This document shows, in pieces, positions 32,792 to 41,773 of a stretch of 64,000 bases of DNA (its first letter is position 1; each line of letters opens with the position of its first letter). Origin of the DNA: an uncultured Rivularia sp. (lineage in GTDB: Bacteria > Cyanobacteriota > Cyanobacteriia > Cyanobacteriales > Nostocaceae); NCBI GenBank assembly GCA_963665115.1, contig OY762007.1, forward strand, positions 5,056,001-5,120,000. Direction: 5' to 3'. Below the pieces are notes generated by a model, which made no database searches, had not been told where the DNA came from, and saw nothing but the letters and a program-made list of their open reading frames with translations. Both the position numbers and the translations under genes were made by a program.

Positions 32792-33862
32792 ATGACACAG
32801 TTAGCGTCAAAGCCAGACACAAAGGTGTGGACTAAGGAACTTGTGCAGAAACATGCTCAAACCGCAGTTATTGTAGAACTTTACACTTTACCTTTCTATC
32901 TCACAGCGTTGTCATCCATCAAATACAAGCAAAGCGATGCTTATAAATCTCTTTTGAGTATTTGCATTGAAGAGATGCTTCATCTCCAGTTAGCAGCAAA
33001 TCTTTGTATTGCACTCGATACACAACCAATATTTGAAGCCCCGAAGTATGGTACTCCTATTAATTACTTAGAACCTGATAATAAAGATACCGGGGATAAT
33101 AAGCTAATTAATGCCGAGTTGAGTGCTTTTAATCTAAAAACTCTTGACATCATGCTTGATATCGAGACTCCTAATGGTTTAGAAGAGCATCGTCATGGAG
33201 AACAAGGAAGGATTAGAAAATTGATTGATCGGGTTGAACATCCTTTGCACAAAAAGTGGAATATGGATAAACACGACACTCCAGATTATCCTTACTCCTC
33301 TATTGGTGAAATGTATGATGCGCTGATGACTGGAATAACAAAGGTTGGAAGATATGAATTTTCTTGGGATACTACAAATCAGCAACAAACTTGGAATCAG
33401 ACACAGCAATTCAAACAGATTATTGCTAATTTTAGCGATGCAGAAGAAGCTGTTAAAACTATTAGCTTACAGGGTGAAGGTACAAGTGCAAGTAAAGAGA
33501 AAGTCATGGTACCCGAACATTATCGTTTAGAACATGATTTAGATACTCATCTTTTAAACGAGTATTCTCACTACGAACGACTATTAAAAATTAAAGAGCA
33601 AGGTCTTCCTAATACTTATTCTGTCGTCAATGACGCACAAAATAAAGAAGAGCAGGACAAAGCTTTGGAAAGTCTTCAGGGTAGCTTTCGTCTATTCCTC
33701 TATGAGATGGATGAGATATGGAATAAAGGTAAAGTTATCAATGATGAGAAGGCTTTTTGGGGGATAATGAAGAATGTTTTAATGCCATACCTTGAAGATT
33801 GCTGGAAAAGTGGTGTAATTCCTAAGTGGTCACCTGAAAAAGATTCTTTAAACAAAAAATAA
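32792..33862 (+). CDS. Ferritin-like domain protein (VioB/RebD ferritin-like domain family)
   Basis: AVIVELYTLPFYLTALSSI, IEEMLHLQLAANL, SSIGEMY, QGEG, SHYER. Confidence 0.75.
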   Translation: MTQLASKPDTKVWTKELVQKHAQTAVIVELYTLPFYLTALSSIKYKQSDAYKSLLSICIEEMLHLQLAANLCIALDTQPIFEAPKYGTPINYLEPDNKDTGDNKLINAELSAFNLKTLDIMLDIETPNGLEEHRHGEQGRIRKLIDRVEHPLHKKWNMDKHDTPDYPYSSIGEMYDALMTGITKVGRYEFSWDTTNQQQTWNQTQQFKQIIANFSDAEEAVKTISLQGEGTSASKEKVMVPEHYRLEHDLDTHLLNEYSHYERLLKIKEQGLPNTYSVVNDAQNKEEQDKALESLQGSFRLFLYEMDEIWNKGKVINDEKAFWGIMKNVLMPYLEDCWKSGVIPKWSPEKDSLNKK

Positions 33863-34295
33863 GATTGTTGAACTAAGAATCGCTGAAGCTTCAGTCCCTT
33901 GAAAAAGTTTCAACTAATTAATTTTCTCTTGAGTACTTAAACAGGCTCCGATGATAAACCTGGTTTCTCTAGGAATTTCAGTTATTTAAACTTACTGTTT
34001 TCCTATAAACCAGGTTTAACTGCGTAAATATTTAAATACAGTACTTCTCATCCGGGAACAAAGCGCAATACATTTTTTCCTTAGCTCTACGAATCGCAAT
34101 CATTTTATCAAAATTATTCTTTTAGTAAAGAAAATATGAAAATATGTGCAAGATAGTTGTATTTAATTATTTTGCACATCATAATACTTATAGTTTTTCA
34201 TCAGCAATAACACCGATCTATCACGCTATAAGCAAAGATGTTATGGCGGTGATTTTCCTGTTAATTGTTTTGTAAGTATTATTTGTAAATATAAA

Positions 34296-35051
34296 TTGAA
34301 TATGATTTTTTTAAATCGTGAGTTGGCTCGCCGAAAAGCTTTAAAATCAGCTTTGGTGAGTAGTATTTTGTTGTTTAATATGAAATCATCATTAGCAAAT
34401 CCAAATATAGAAGAAAAAACTGAAAATACAGATTCTGGAAGTAAAAATTCTCATCAGCTTGCTAAAAATAAAGTCTGCCCGTCTGCAAATATATTACCTA
34501 TACGTTCTTTTAATACAGCAAAATATTACGTTTATATTTGTAGGGGAGATAATAAAAATCCTTTAGGATATTACGTTCGTATACCCAAGAATTTAGACAA
34601 CAAAATAACGGTACCTGTTACTAAAAAAGCCAGAGAAACTTATATTGCTATTAATGGTGAAGTCGCGTATATAGTTACCCCGTATGAAATGGTCATAACT
34701 AAACGCGGTCGGATTATTCACAGAGAAAAAGTCATAACTGCCGTGCAAGCAGATGGTAAATCTTTAGCAAAAGGTTGTCCTGAAGGAAATAATACTTTTG
34801 CTCAAGCAGAAACCAAAAACTTCTTTATTTATATTTGTGGTAGCGAAAATCCCAGTAGTTATGTAAGCGTTACTAGAAAGAGCAATAAAAGAATTAATCT
34901 TCCATTAACTTTAGGGAATCAAAACGATGCAAAAGCCAATCGATACGTAGCTACAAACGGTAATATACGTTTTGTTCTTACTAACAAAGTATTAAGAGTT
35001 TCTCGTGGTGGTAAAAATGTAGTCAAAGAGAAAGTTTTGAAGTGGGAGTGA
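34296..35051 (+). CDS. Exported protein with two internal repeat domains
   Basis: RR plus hydrophobic signal region ending SLA; duplicated CP...T..YYVYIC / CP...ET..FFIYIC domains. Confidence 0.6.
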   Translation: MNMIFLNRELARRKALKSALVSSILLFNMKSSLANPNIEEKTENTDSGSKNSHQLAKNKVCPSANILPIRSFNTAKYYVYICRGDNKNPLGYYVRIPKNLDNKITVPVTKKARETYIAINGEVAYIVTPYEMVITKRGRIIHREKVITAVQADGKSLAKGCPEGNNTFAQAETKNFFIYICGSENPSSYVSVTRKSNKRINLPLTLGNQNDAKANRYVATNGNIRFVLTNKVLRVSRGGKNVVKEKVLKWE

Positions 35052-35178
35052 GGGAGAGGGGGAGATGGGGATGGGGAGACAAGGGGACAAGGGGACAAGG
35101 AGATAGTAGTGCGAGCATCTTGCTCGTTAGTCCAAGCAAGAAAGATGCTCGCACTATTTAATGCCCAATGCCCAATGC

Positions 35179-36120
35179 TCAATGCCCAATCCCCAATTGC
35201 TCACTGCTCGCTGATTCAATCCAGTCTAAAATCACTTTATTTACTTGTTCGGGACATTCATAATGAGGAAAATGTCCGACATTTTTGAAGGTAAGTAGCT
35301 GTATATTTTCGTTGTGACGAACGAATTCGGAAGCAAGTTTCGGAGGAATAATTTTGTCTTTGTCTCCCCAAATCATCAGGGTGGGTATTGTCAAGCTTGA
35401 TAATAATTTTTTGACATTAGGACTGTAATTTGGATTATTTTGAGCTATCACAAGAGCAGTTAAAGCATTCGCTGCACCTCTATCTTGAGTAGGCTTAGCT
35501 AATATGTCTATGAGTTCATCGGTAACAGCTTTAGGATTTGCATAAGCTAAAGTCGCGCCACGACGCAACATACTAGGTTGACGTATAAAGTGAAATACTG
35601 ATTTTACTAGTAAAGGGTTTGCAACAACATTTTTGATTGTTACAACCAAGGGATATAAAAATGCAGGAATAGCTTCTTTTTCTAAATTTGGGTCTGGTAA
35701 ACTCATCATTACCAAACCTTCAACCATTTCAGGGTATTTTACGGCTGCGGCTAAGGAAATCAAAGAACCGATAGAATTACCTATTAGTATTACTGGTTTA
35801 CGAACAAAAGTTTTCCAAAAGTCGTATATCTGCTCTACCCATAAATCTATGCTGTAATTAGCTGGTGCTTTTTCTGAAGCTCCAAAACCTAGCATATCCA
35901 GAGCGTAAACCGTATGTTCTTTTCCAAATATTTCTAAATTATGTTGCCAATAACCAATGCTTGCACCAAATGCATGTAGCAACATCAAAGGCTTAGATGC
36001 ACCGGAATTATTTTTTCTCGGATTTTGAGGACGGATATACGTATACCGAGTTTGCCAACCTCGCCAAACCCAATCTCGTTGATTTCCAACTTTTTGTTGC
36101 CAATTGACGCTGCTAACCAT
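35179..36120 (-). CDS. Alpha/beta hydrolase
   Basis: LLHAFGAS, YALDMLGFG, nucleophile GNSIG, WGDKD, GHFPH. Confidence 0.9.
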   Translation of the reverse strand: MVSSVNWQQKVGNQRDWVWRGWQTRYTYIRPQNPRKNNSGASKPLMLLHAFGASIGYWQHNLEIFGKEHTVYALDMLGFGASEKAPANYSIDLWVEQIYDFWKTFVRKPVILIGNSIGSLISLAAAVKYPEMVEGLVMMSLPDPNLEKEAIPAFLYPLVVTIKNVVANPLLVKSVFHFIRQPSMLRRGATLAYANPKAVTDELIDILAKPTQDRGAANALTALVIAQNNPNYSPNVKKLLSSLTIPTLMIWGDKDKIIPPKLASEFVRHNENIQLLTFKNVGHFPHYECPEQVNKVILDWIESASSEQLGIGH

Positions 36121-36535
36121 TAAGAATTCTCTAAAACAGCATTTATTTTTATTATAGTTTTCTGCCCAGAAGCCGTCTAAATTAAATTTTCTATTTGAGT
36201 AGCGATTATAGGGCTTAGCCCTTTAGATATATGTAATTTAAATCTCACGGTGTTATCATGTGAATATACGTAATATATGCGGCGTTAATGTTTTTACACA
36301 AAAAATTACAATAATTAATGTTTGCTGTAATTATGTAACTTCTATTGACTTATAGAGCTAAACCCTCTGCAAAGTTAGTAGAATATAAATAGGTACCAAC
36401 ACTTTTATTTTTATGAATTGTTATCCTAGAAATACAAGGATACTTAATTCAAGGTTCCACTAGTTTCTGAGTCTGAGATATCTCATTCCACACCCAAAAC
36501 CAAATTCTTAACAATAACTTCCCCAAAAATCATAT

Positions 36536-37069
36536 ATGCCTGTGATAGAGAAAAGAAGAAGTCGCGACCTGCCTCAAATCAATGAAAGAATTCGCTTCCC
36601 GAAAATTCGGGTTATCGATACAGATGGTGCCCAGTTGGGAATTATGACTCCCCAAGACGCACTAACTAGAGCGGATGAAAAAGATTTAGATTTAGTGTTG
36701 GTTAGCGATAAAGCCGATCCGCCGGTTTGTCGGATTATGGATTATGGGAAATTCAAGTTCGAGCAAGAGAAGAAAGCGCGAGAAGCTCGTAAAAAGCAGC
36801 ATACGGCTGATGTCAAAGAAGTGAAGATGCGCTACAAGATAGAAGATCATGATTACAACGTGCGCGTGAACCAAGCCAAGCGTTTTCTTAAAGATGGTGA
36901 CAAGGTGAAAGCCACGGTTATGTTCCGAGGGCGGGAAATTCAGCACACCGATTTAGCAGAAATTTTACTTAAGCGAATGGCGACGGATTTAGAAGCTGTA
37001 GCTGAAGTACAGCAATACCCGAAAAAAGAAGGAAGAAACATGATGATGTTGCTTTCTCCTAAGAAGTAA
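36536..37069 (+). CDS. infC: Translation initiation factor IF-3
   Basis: [42 protein letters not shown]. Confidence 0.98.
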   Translation: MPVIEKRRSRDLPQINERIRFPKIRVIDTDGAQLGIMTPQDALTRADEKDLDLVLVSDKADPPVCRIMDYGKFKFEQEKKAREARKKQHTADVKEVKMRYKIEDHDYNVRVNQAKRFLKDGDKVKATVMFRGREIQHTDLAEILLKRMATDLEAVAEVQQYPKKEGRNMMMLLSPKK

Positions 37070-37168
37070 TTTCGAGCGGACTTATGCGAAGCCTTTTAAA
37101 TAAAGGGGTTGCAGCGATACAAGTTAAAGTATACGTAAGTCCTATTTAAGATAAATATCAATCTCAAG

Positions 37169-37212
37169 GAAGCAATACCAATGCTAATTAGCCACTGGTA
37201 TTGCTTCTTTTT
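37169..37212 (+). terminator. Probable intrinsic terminator after infC
   Basis: GAAGCAATACCA...TGGTATTGCTTC 12-bp stem followed by a T-run. Confidence 0.65.
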
Positions 37213-37263
37213 ATCGTTTTATTCTTTATTATCTGCTTTTACGGATGCGTAAGGTACGAAAAA

Positions 37264-37430
37264 ATACTCCCTACTCCCTACTCCCTACTCTCTACTCTCT
37301 ACTTTCTACTCCCCACTCCCAACTCCCTACTTTCTACTCCCCACTCCCAACTCCCCACTCCCCACTCCCTACTTGCTACTTGCTACTTGCTACTCTCTAC
37401 TTTCTACTCCCTACTCCCCACTCCCCATAT
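37264..37430. repeat. STRR heptamer tandem array (CTCCCTA/CTCCCCA/CTTGCTA variants)
   Basis: More than 20 degenerate 7-mers. Confidence 0.9.
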
Positions 37431-37639
37431 TCCTCAAAAGAAAACTAATTCCAAATTAATTTAAAAAAACGATAGTCTTGGTGCACGATTGGGAAAACTA
37501 ATAGTCAGTTGCTCGGCACTTTCGTAGTTTCTAGGATTTTGTTGTCACGGGGAGATGGTTTTTATCTCCAGTTTTCTATAAATCTAGTTGTGGAAGTCCG
37601 AGTGAGTGAACGGTACGGATAAAATTATATGGTGCAGGG

Positions 37640-40600
37640 GTGTCTACAGCCTCTCAAAGCCGCATGGAATTAAAAGTTGCCTATAAAAACATTTTAATAC
37701 GAGTACTTAGGTGGGTAAATCTTCGACCGGAAGAGGCTCCTCGAACATTACTGATGTTTGCTTTTTACGCCACAACCTCAGTTGGATTGAGATGGGTAGA
37801 AGATAGCAGTATCGCTTTATTTCTGGATAAATACGGAGCTGAGACTCTACCGTGGATTTACATTGCTAGCGCAGTCGTTGGAATTGCGTTAGTTTTCCTC
37901 TACTCTTGGCTGCAAAAGATTTTTCCTATGCGATGGGTAATTGTAGCTGCTTTACCCTGCATGGTAATACCATTAATTTTACTGCCTGTAATTCTGCAAA
38001 TTACTTTGTCTACGAATTTACAAGCTTCACAGTTAGCTTTATTTAGCGTATTTTTATTAAGGCTTTGGGTTGATGCCCTTTACGTTATCAATCAGATCAA
38101 TACTTCTATTGCAGCAAATCAGTTATTTAACATCCAGGAGATTAAGCGTACTTATCCTTTGGTAAGCAGTGGAGTTTTAGTTGCGGATGTAATTGGGGGC
38201 TTTAGCTTACCAACTTTAGTCAGATTTCTCAAGTTGGATAAAATCATTTTGATTGGGGCTTTAGTTATTGTCTTAGGTACGTCCATTCTTTTGCATTTAA
38301 GCAAAAAATATCCTCAAGCTTTTTCGGATATTACGCAACGACAAATTAATAAATCGCAAGTTTCCCGCGCTCGTCGTCTCTCCAGCCCTTTAAGACGTTA
38401 TGCATTCCGATTATTTTTATTTGGGCTTTTGATACAGGCAATAGGTTTGTTAGTAGATTTTCAGTATCTATCTCAATTAGAATCCACTTTTCAAGGTAAA
38501 GAAATTACTAGCTTCTTAGGGTTATTTGGTGGAACCTTGGGGCTGTTTGAACTTGCAACGCAGTTATTTGTCTCTAGTCGTGCGATCGAACGTTTGGGAG
38601 TATTTTTTACTACTGCAATTTTGCCTGTTGGCGTAGGTGCTTTATTAATAGTGCTGGCAGTATTATCTTCCTTATCAATGACTTCAGCCTTTTTTGGTTG
38701 GAAAATACCTATATCGCTGCTGTGGGGTTTAACGCTGATTAAGTTTCTAGATGAACTTGTGCGTTATACCTTCGTAGCCAATACAGGTACTTTGTTGTTT
38801 CAACCGATACCTGAAAAAGTTAGAAGTCGCGTACAAACATTATCGGGAGGCTTTGCCGAAGCCGCTGCTGCGGGTCTTGCAGGATTTATTATTTTAGTTA
38901 CCCAATGGATTTCAACTCATTTTATATCCGTAGATTGGCAAAACTTAGTCCTAATTATAGAAACCGCAATAGTTGCCATTATATGCGTAGGAGTAATTTG
39001 GGTATTGCGATCGCAGTACGTGGATCTATTAGTTTTAAGCGCAGATAGTGGACAGTTAAGCGTTACAAATATTGATTTACCTTTCTTTAAACGGGCTGTA
39101 ATTAAGGCTTTACGAGAAAAAGGAAATGAGGCTGATAAACATTCTTGCATAGAACTTTTATCGCAGATCGATCCCCAAGGAGCAGGAGAAGTATTAGCGC
39201 CACAATTACCAATGCTTACTCCTGCTTTGCAGCATAAAAGTTTGCAAGTGATGCTTGAATATGATGTAAATCCGACTTATTTGCCTCAAATACGGAATTT
39301 ATTAGAAAACTCTCTTTCCAAAGCCAATCCGAATATATTTGCTTTAGCACTACGTTACGTTTTCCTTGCAGAACTTTCTCCAAATTCAGATCGACTAGAA
39401 GTATATTTAGATCCCGAACAAAATCCTGTGATTCGAGGTACAGCTGCGGCATTATTATTAACTCAAGGGACAACAAAGCAAAAAGTTGCCGCAACCAAAA
39501 CTCTCCAATGGATGCTGACTAATGAAGAAGAAGAAATACGAGCTTTGGGAGTTAAATCTTTAACGGAAGCAGCTTACTTACAATCTCTAAGGATTTATAT
39601 TCCTTCATTATTGGAGGATGAATCTTTAAGGGTACGCAGCGCAGTTCTAGAAATGATTGCTGCAAACCATTTAGAAGAGCATTATTCAGCATTAATAAAA
39701 GGGCTTCACTATAAATCCACCCGGTTAGTAGTAATGAAAAGCTTAGTAAAACTGGGGAATGAAGTTTTACCAATGCTGTCAAACTTAGTACACGATTTTT
39801 ACGAACCGGAAATAGCGCGAGTATATGCTTTGCGAACAATGAGTCAAATTGAGACTTTAGAAGCAAGTGATACCTTGTGGCATCATTTGGAAACATCTAG
39901 GGGTAAAATCAAATCCCATATACTCCGTGTTTTACTCAAAAGACATCAGCAACATGGAATATCTGCTTTGGTAGATAGATCCTATGAAACCAGAGTGCAA
40001 GCATTAATAGAAGGAGAATTAATATTATTAAGCCAGATATACGCTGCCTCCGTAGACTTTAAATCTCAAGGTGAAGTATACGCAGCTTATATAGAATTTA
40101 AAACGGGAGAAACCATGCAAAACTTTCACTCTAAAAAAAAGGTTGTAGCTTTATGTAGGCTGGTTCAAAAAGCTATTTCAGAACTAGAAATTGATATCAA
40201 AGAACGGTTATTTTTGCTTTTAAAATTGCTTTATCCCTTAGACAAAATTAATGCAGCAGCATTTAACCTCAATTCCGAATCGCAAGTAACTGTAGCAAGA
40301 GGCTTAGAGATTCTAGAGCATACGATCAACTTACCTTCCAAAAATATTTTACTGAGTATTTTTGATAAAAGACCACCCACCGAAAAACTGCAAAAACTTG
40401 TAGAAGCGGGATATACGCAATACGAACAAATGGCAGTAAACGACCGAACTCGAAAATTACTAGAATTAGAAAATTCGCTTTCTGACTGGTGCTGGGCTTG
40501 CTGCATTCACTTTGCCCAAGTTGCTCGTATTAAACTTAAAGCCGTACAAATTGAAGGAAGCTTGCGTCATCCTTGTGGTTTCGTTAGAGAAGCAGCCGTT

Positions 40601-40726
40601 GCATATTTAAGTATTGCATCCCCTCGTTTATTTATAAAAGTTATACCCCAGTTAAAAAAAGATTCGCATCCTCTTGTAATAGCTCAGGTTAATGAATTTA
40701 TCGAAAAATATAAAATTGATAAATAG
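37640..40726 (+). CDS. NTT/TLC-like (Npt1-like MFS) transporter fused to HEAT repeats
   Basis: About 12 hydrophobic segments, ANQLFNIQEIKRTYPLV, LLFQPIPEKVRSR; helical HEAT-like C-terminal half. Confidence 0.8.
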   Translation: MSTASQSRMELKVAYKNILIRVLRWVNLRPEEAPRTLLMFAFYATTSVGLRWVEDSSIALFLDKYGAETLPWIYIASAVVGIALVFLYSWLQKIFPMRWVIVAALPCMVIPLILLPVILQITLSTNLQASQLALFSVFLLRLWVDALYVINQINTSIAANQLFNIQEIKRTYPLVSSGVLVADVIGGFSLPTLVRFLKLDKIILIGALVIVLGTSILLHLSKKYPQAFSDITQRQINKSQVSRARRLSSPLRRYAFRLFLFGLLIQAIGLLVDFQYLSQLESTFQGKEITSFLGLFGGTLGLFELATQLFVSSRAIERLGVFFTTAILPVGVGALLIVLAVLSSLSMTSAFFGWKIPISLLWGLTLIKFLDELVRYTFVANTGTLLFQPIPEKVRSRVQTLSGGFAEAAAAGLAGFIILVTQWISTHFISVDWQNLVLIIETAIVAIICVGVIWVLRSQYVDLLVLSADSGQLSVTNIDLPFFKRAVIKALREKGNEADKHSCIELLSQIDPQGAGEVLAPQLPMLTPALQHKSLQVMLEYDVNPTYLPQIRNLLENSLSKANPNIFALALRYVFLAELSPNSDRLEVYLDPEQNPVIRGTAAALLLTQGTTKQKVAATKTLQWMLTNEEEEIRALGVKSLTEAAYLQSLRIYIPSLLEDESLRVRSAVLEMIAANHLEEHYSALIKGLHYKSTRLVVMKSLVKLGNEVLPMLSNLVHDFYEPEIARVYALRTMSQIETLEASDTLWHHLETSRGKIKSHILRVLLKRHQQHGISALVDRSYETRVQALIEGELILLSQIYAASVDFKSQGEVYAAYIEFKTGETMQNFHSKKKVVALCRLVQKAISELEIDIKERLFLLLKLLYPLDKINAAAFNLNSESQVTVARGLEILEHTINLPSKNILLSIFDKRPPTEKLQKLVEAGYTQYEQMAVNDRTRKLLELENSLSDWCWACCIHFAQVARIKLKAVQIEGSLRHPCGFVREAAVAYLSIASPRLFIKVIPQLKKDSHPLVIAQVNEFIEKYKIDK

Positions 40727-40777
40727 TGGTTAGTGGATAGTTGTTAGTGTTTATTTGTTAAATATATAAAAAATAAA

Positions 40778-41175
40778 ATGGAAAAGTCTAATTTTGAAAA
40801 TTTGAAAGTTTTTCAGTTGTCTGAGCAATTAGCCGACCAAATTTGGAATATTGTTATATTTTGGAATCATTTAGCAACAGATACTGTTGGAAAACAAATT
40901 ATTCGTTCTGCCGATAGTATTGGTGCGAATATTGCAGAAGGTAGCGGCCGCTATATTTTCAAGATAATCTACGATTTGTCAAAATTGCTAGAGCTTCTTC
41001 GCATGAAACAAGATATTGGCTAAGAAGGGCATATGTTCGTAAATTATTAACAAGCCAACAGATTGATACTATTAAGCCTATTGTTGATGAACTATTACCA
41101 AAATTAAATGCCTATTTCAAATATCTAGAAAAAGCAGCAAAACAAGAAAAATCTAAAAAAACAACTATCAACTAA
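40778..41175 (+). CDS. Four-helix-bundle protein (23S rRNA IVS protein / Avd-like family), one base missing near 40955
   Basis: FENLKVFQLS, KQIIRSADSIGANIAEGSGRY; after correction RFVKIARASSHETRYWL...KLNAYFK; stop at 41173-41175. Confidence 0.85.
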
Positions 41176-41192
41176 CAACTAACACTAAATTT

Positions 41193-41624
41193 ATGTTAAC
41201 CAGTGTCGATCGTTTATTATTTGTACGTCAAGTTCCGATATTTAAGGAATTACGGGATGATTTTATTGTTCGATTAGCTTCTGCGATGAATGAACTGTGG
41301 TTTCCACCAAATTGCAGTATTTTTCGACAGGGAGAACAAGGACAATCTCTGTATATTGTTGTTTCGGGAAAAGTCAAAATTCATTTAAATAACAGAACGC
41401 TTACTGTTATTCCGCAAGGAAAATATTTTGGTGAAATGGCGGTATTTGATACTCAACCGCGTTCGGCTTCCGCCACTACAATAGATGCTTGTGAATGTTT
41501 GGAATTAACTCAAGAACAACTTGATAATGCTATTGAAGAAACTCCTGAAATTGCAGTCAATATAATTCGCGAACTATCTCGGATAATTCGTAAGTTGAAT
41601 AATGATGGTAGTGGGATGCGGTAA
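41193..41624 (+). CDS. Stand-alone cyclic-nucleotide-binding domain protein
   Basis: IFRQGEQGQSLYIVVSGKV, YFGEMA, PRSASA. Confidence 0.9.
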   Translation: MLTSVDRLLFVRQVPIFKELRDDFIVRLASAMNELWFPPNCSIFRQGEQGQSLYIVVSGKVKIHLNNRTLTVIPQGKYFGEMAVFDTQPRSASATTIDACECLELTQEQLDNAIEETPEIAVNIIRELSRIIRKLNNDGSGMR

Positions 41625-41773
41625 AACAACAAATATTTGAATTGCTAGGGAGCAAGATGCTCCCACTACTAATCTTAATTACCAAAATTGTAGGGTGAAA
41701 TAAAATTATTAGGTTCGTAGTAAAGACTTTAGTCTTTTATTATCATAGCAGTGACAAGGGCTAGAGCTACTTA

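Noticed and set aside
37201..37464. ORFs 37201..37464 and 37245..37448
   Set aside because: Low-complexity translations of the heptamer array (LLPTPHS-type)
40778..41175. Diversity-generating retroelement (Avd-like gene)
   Set aside because: No reverse transcriptase or TR/VR pair with A-specific mismatches; the 56944/58180 duplicate has only a few mixed substitutions
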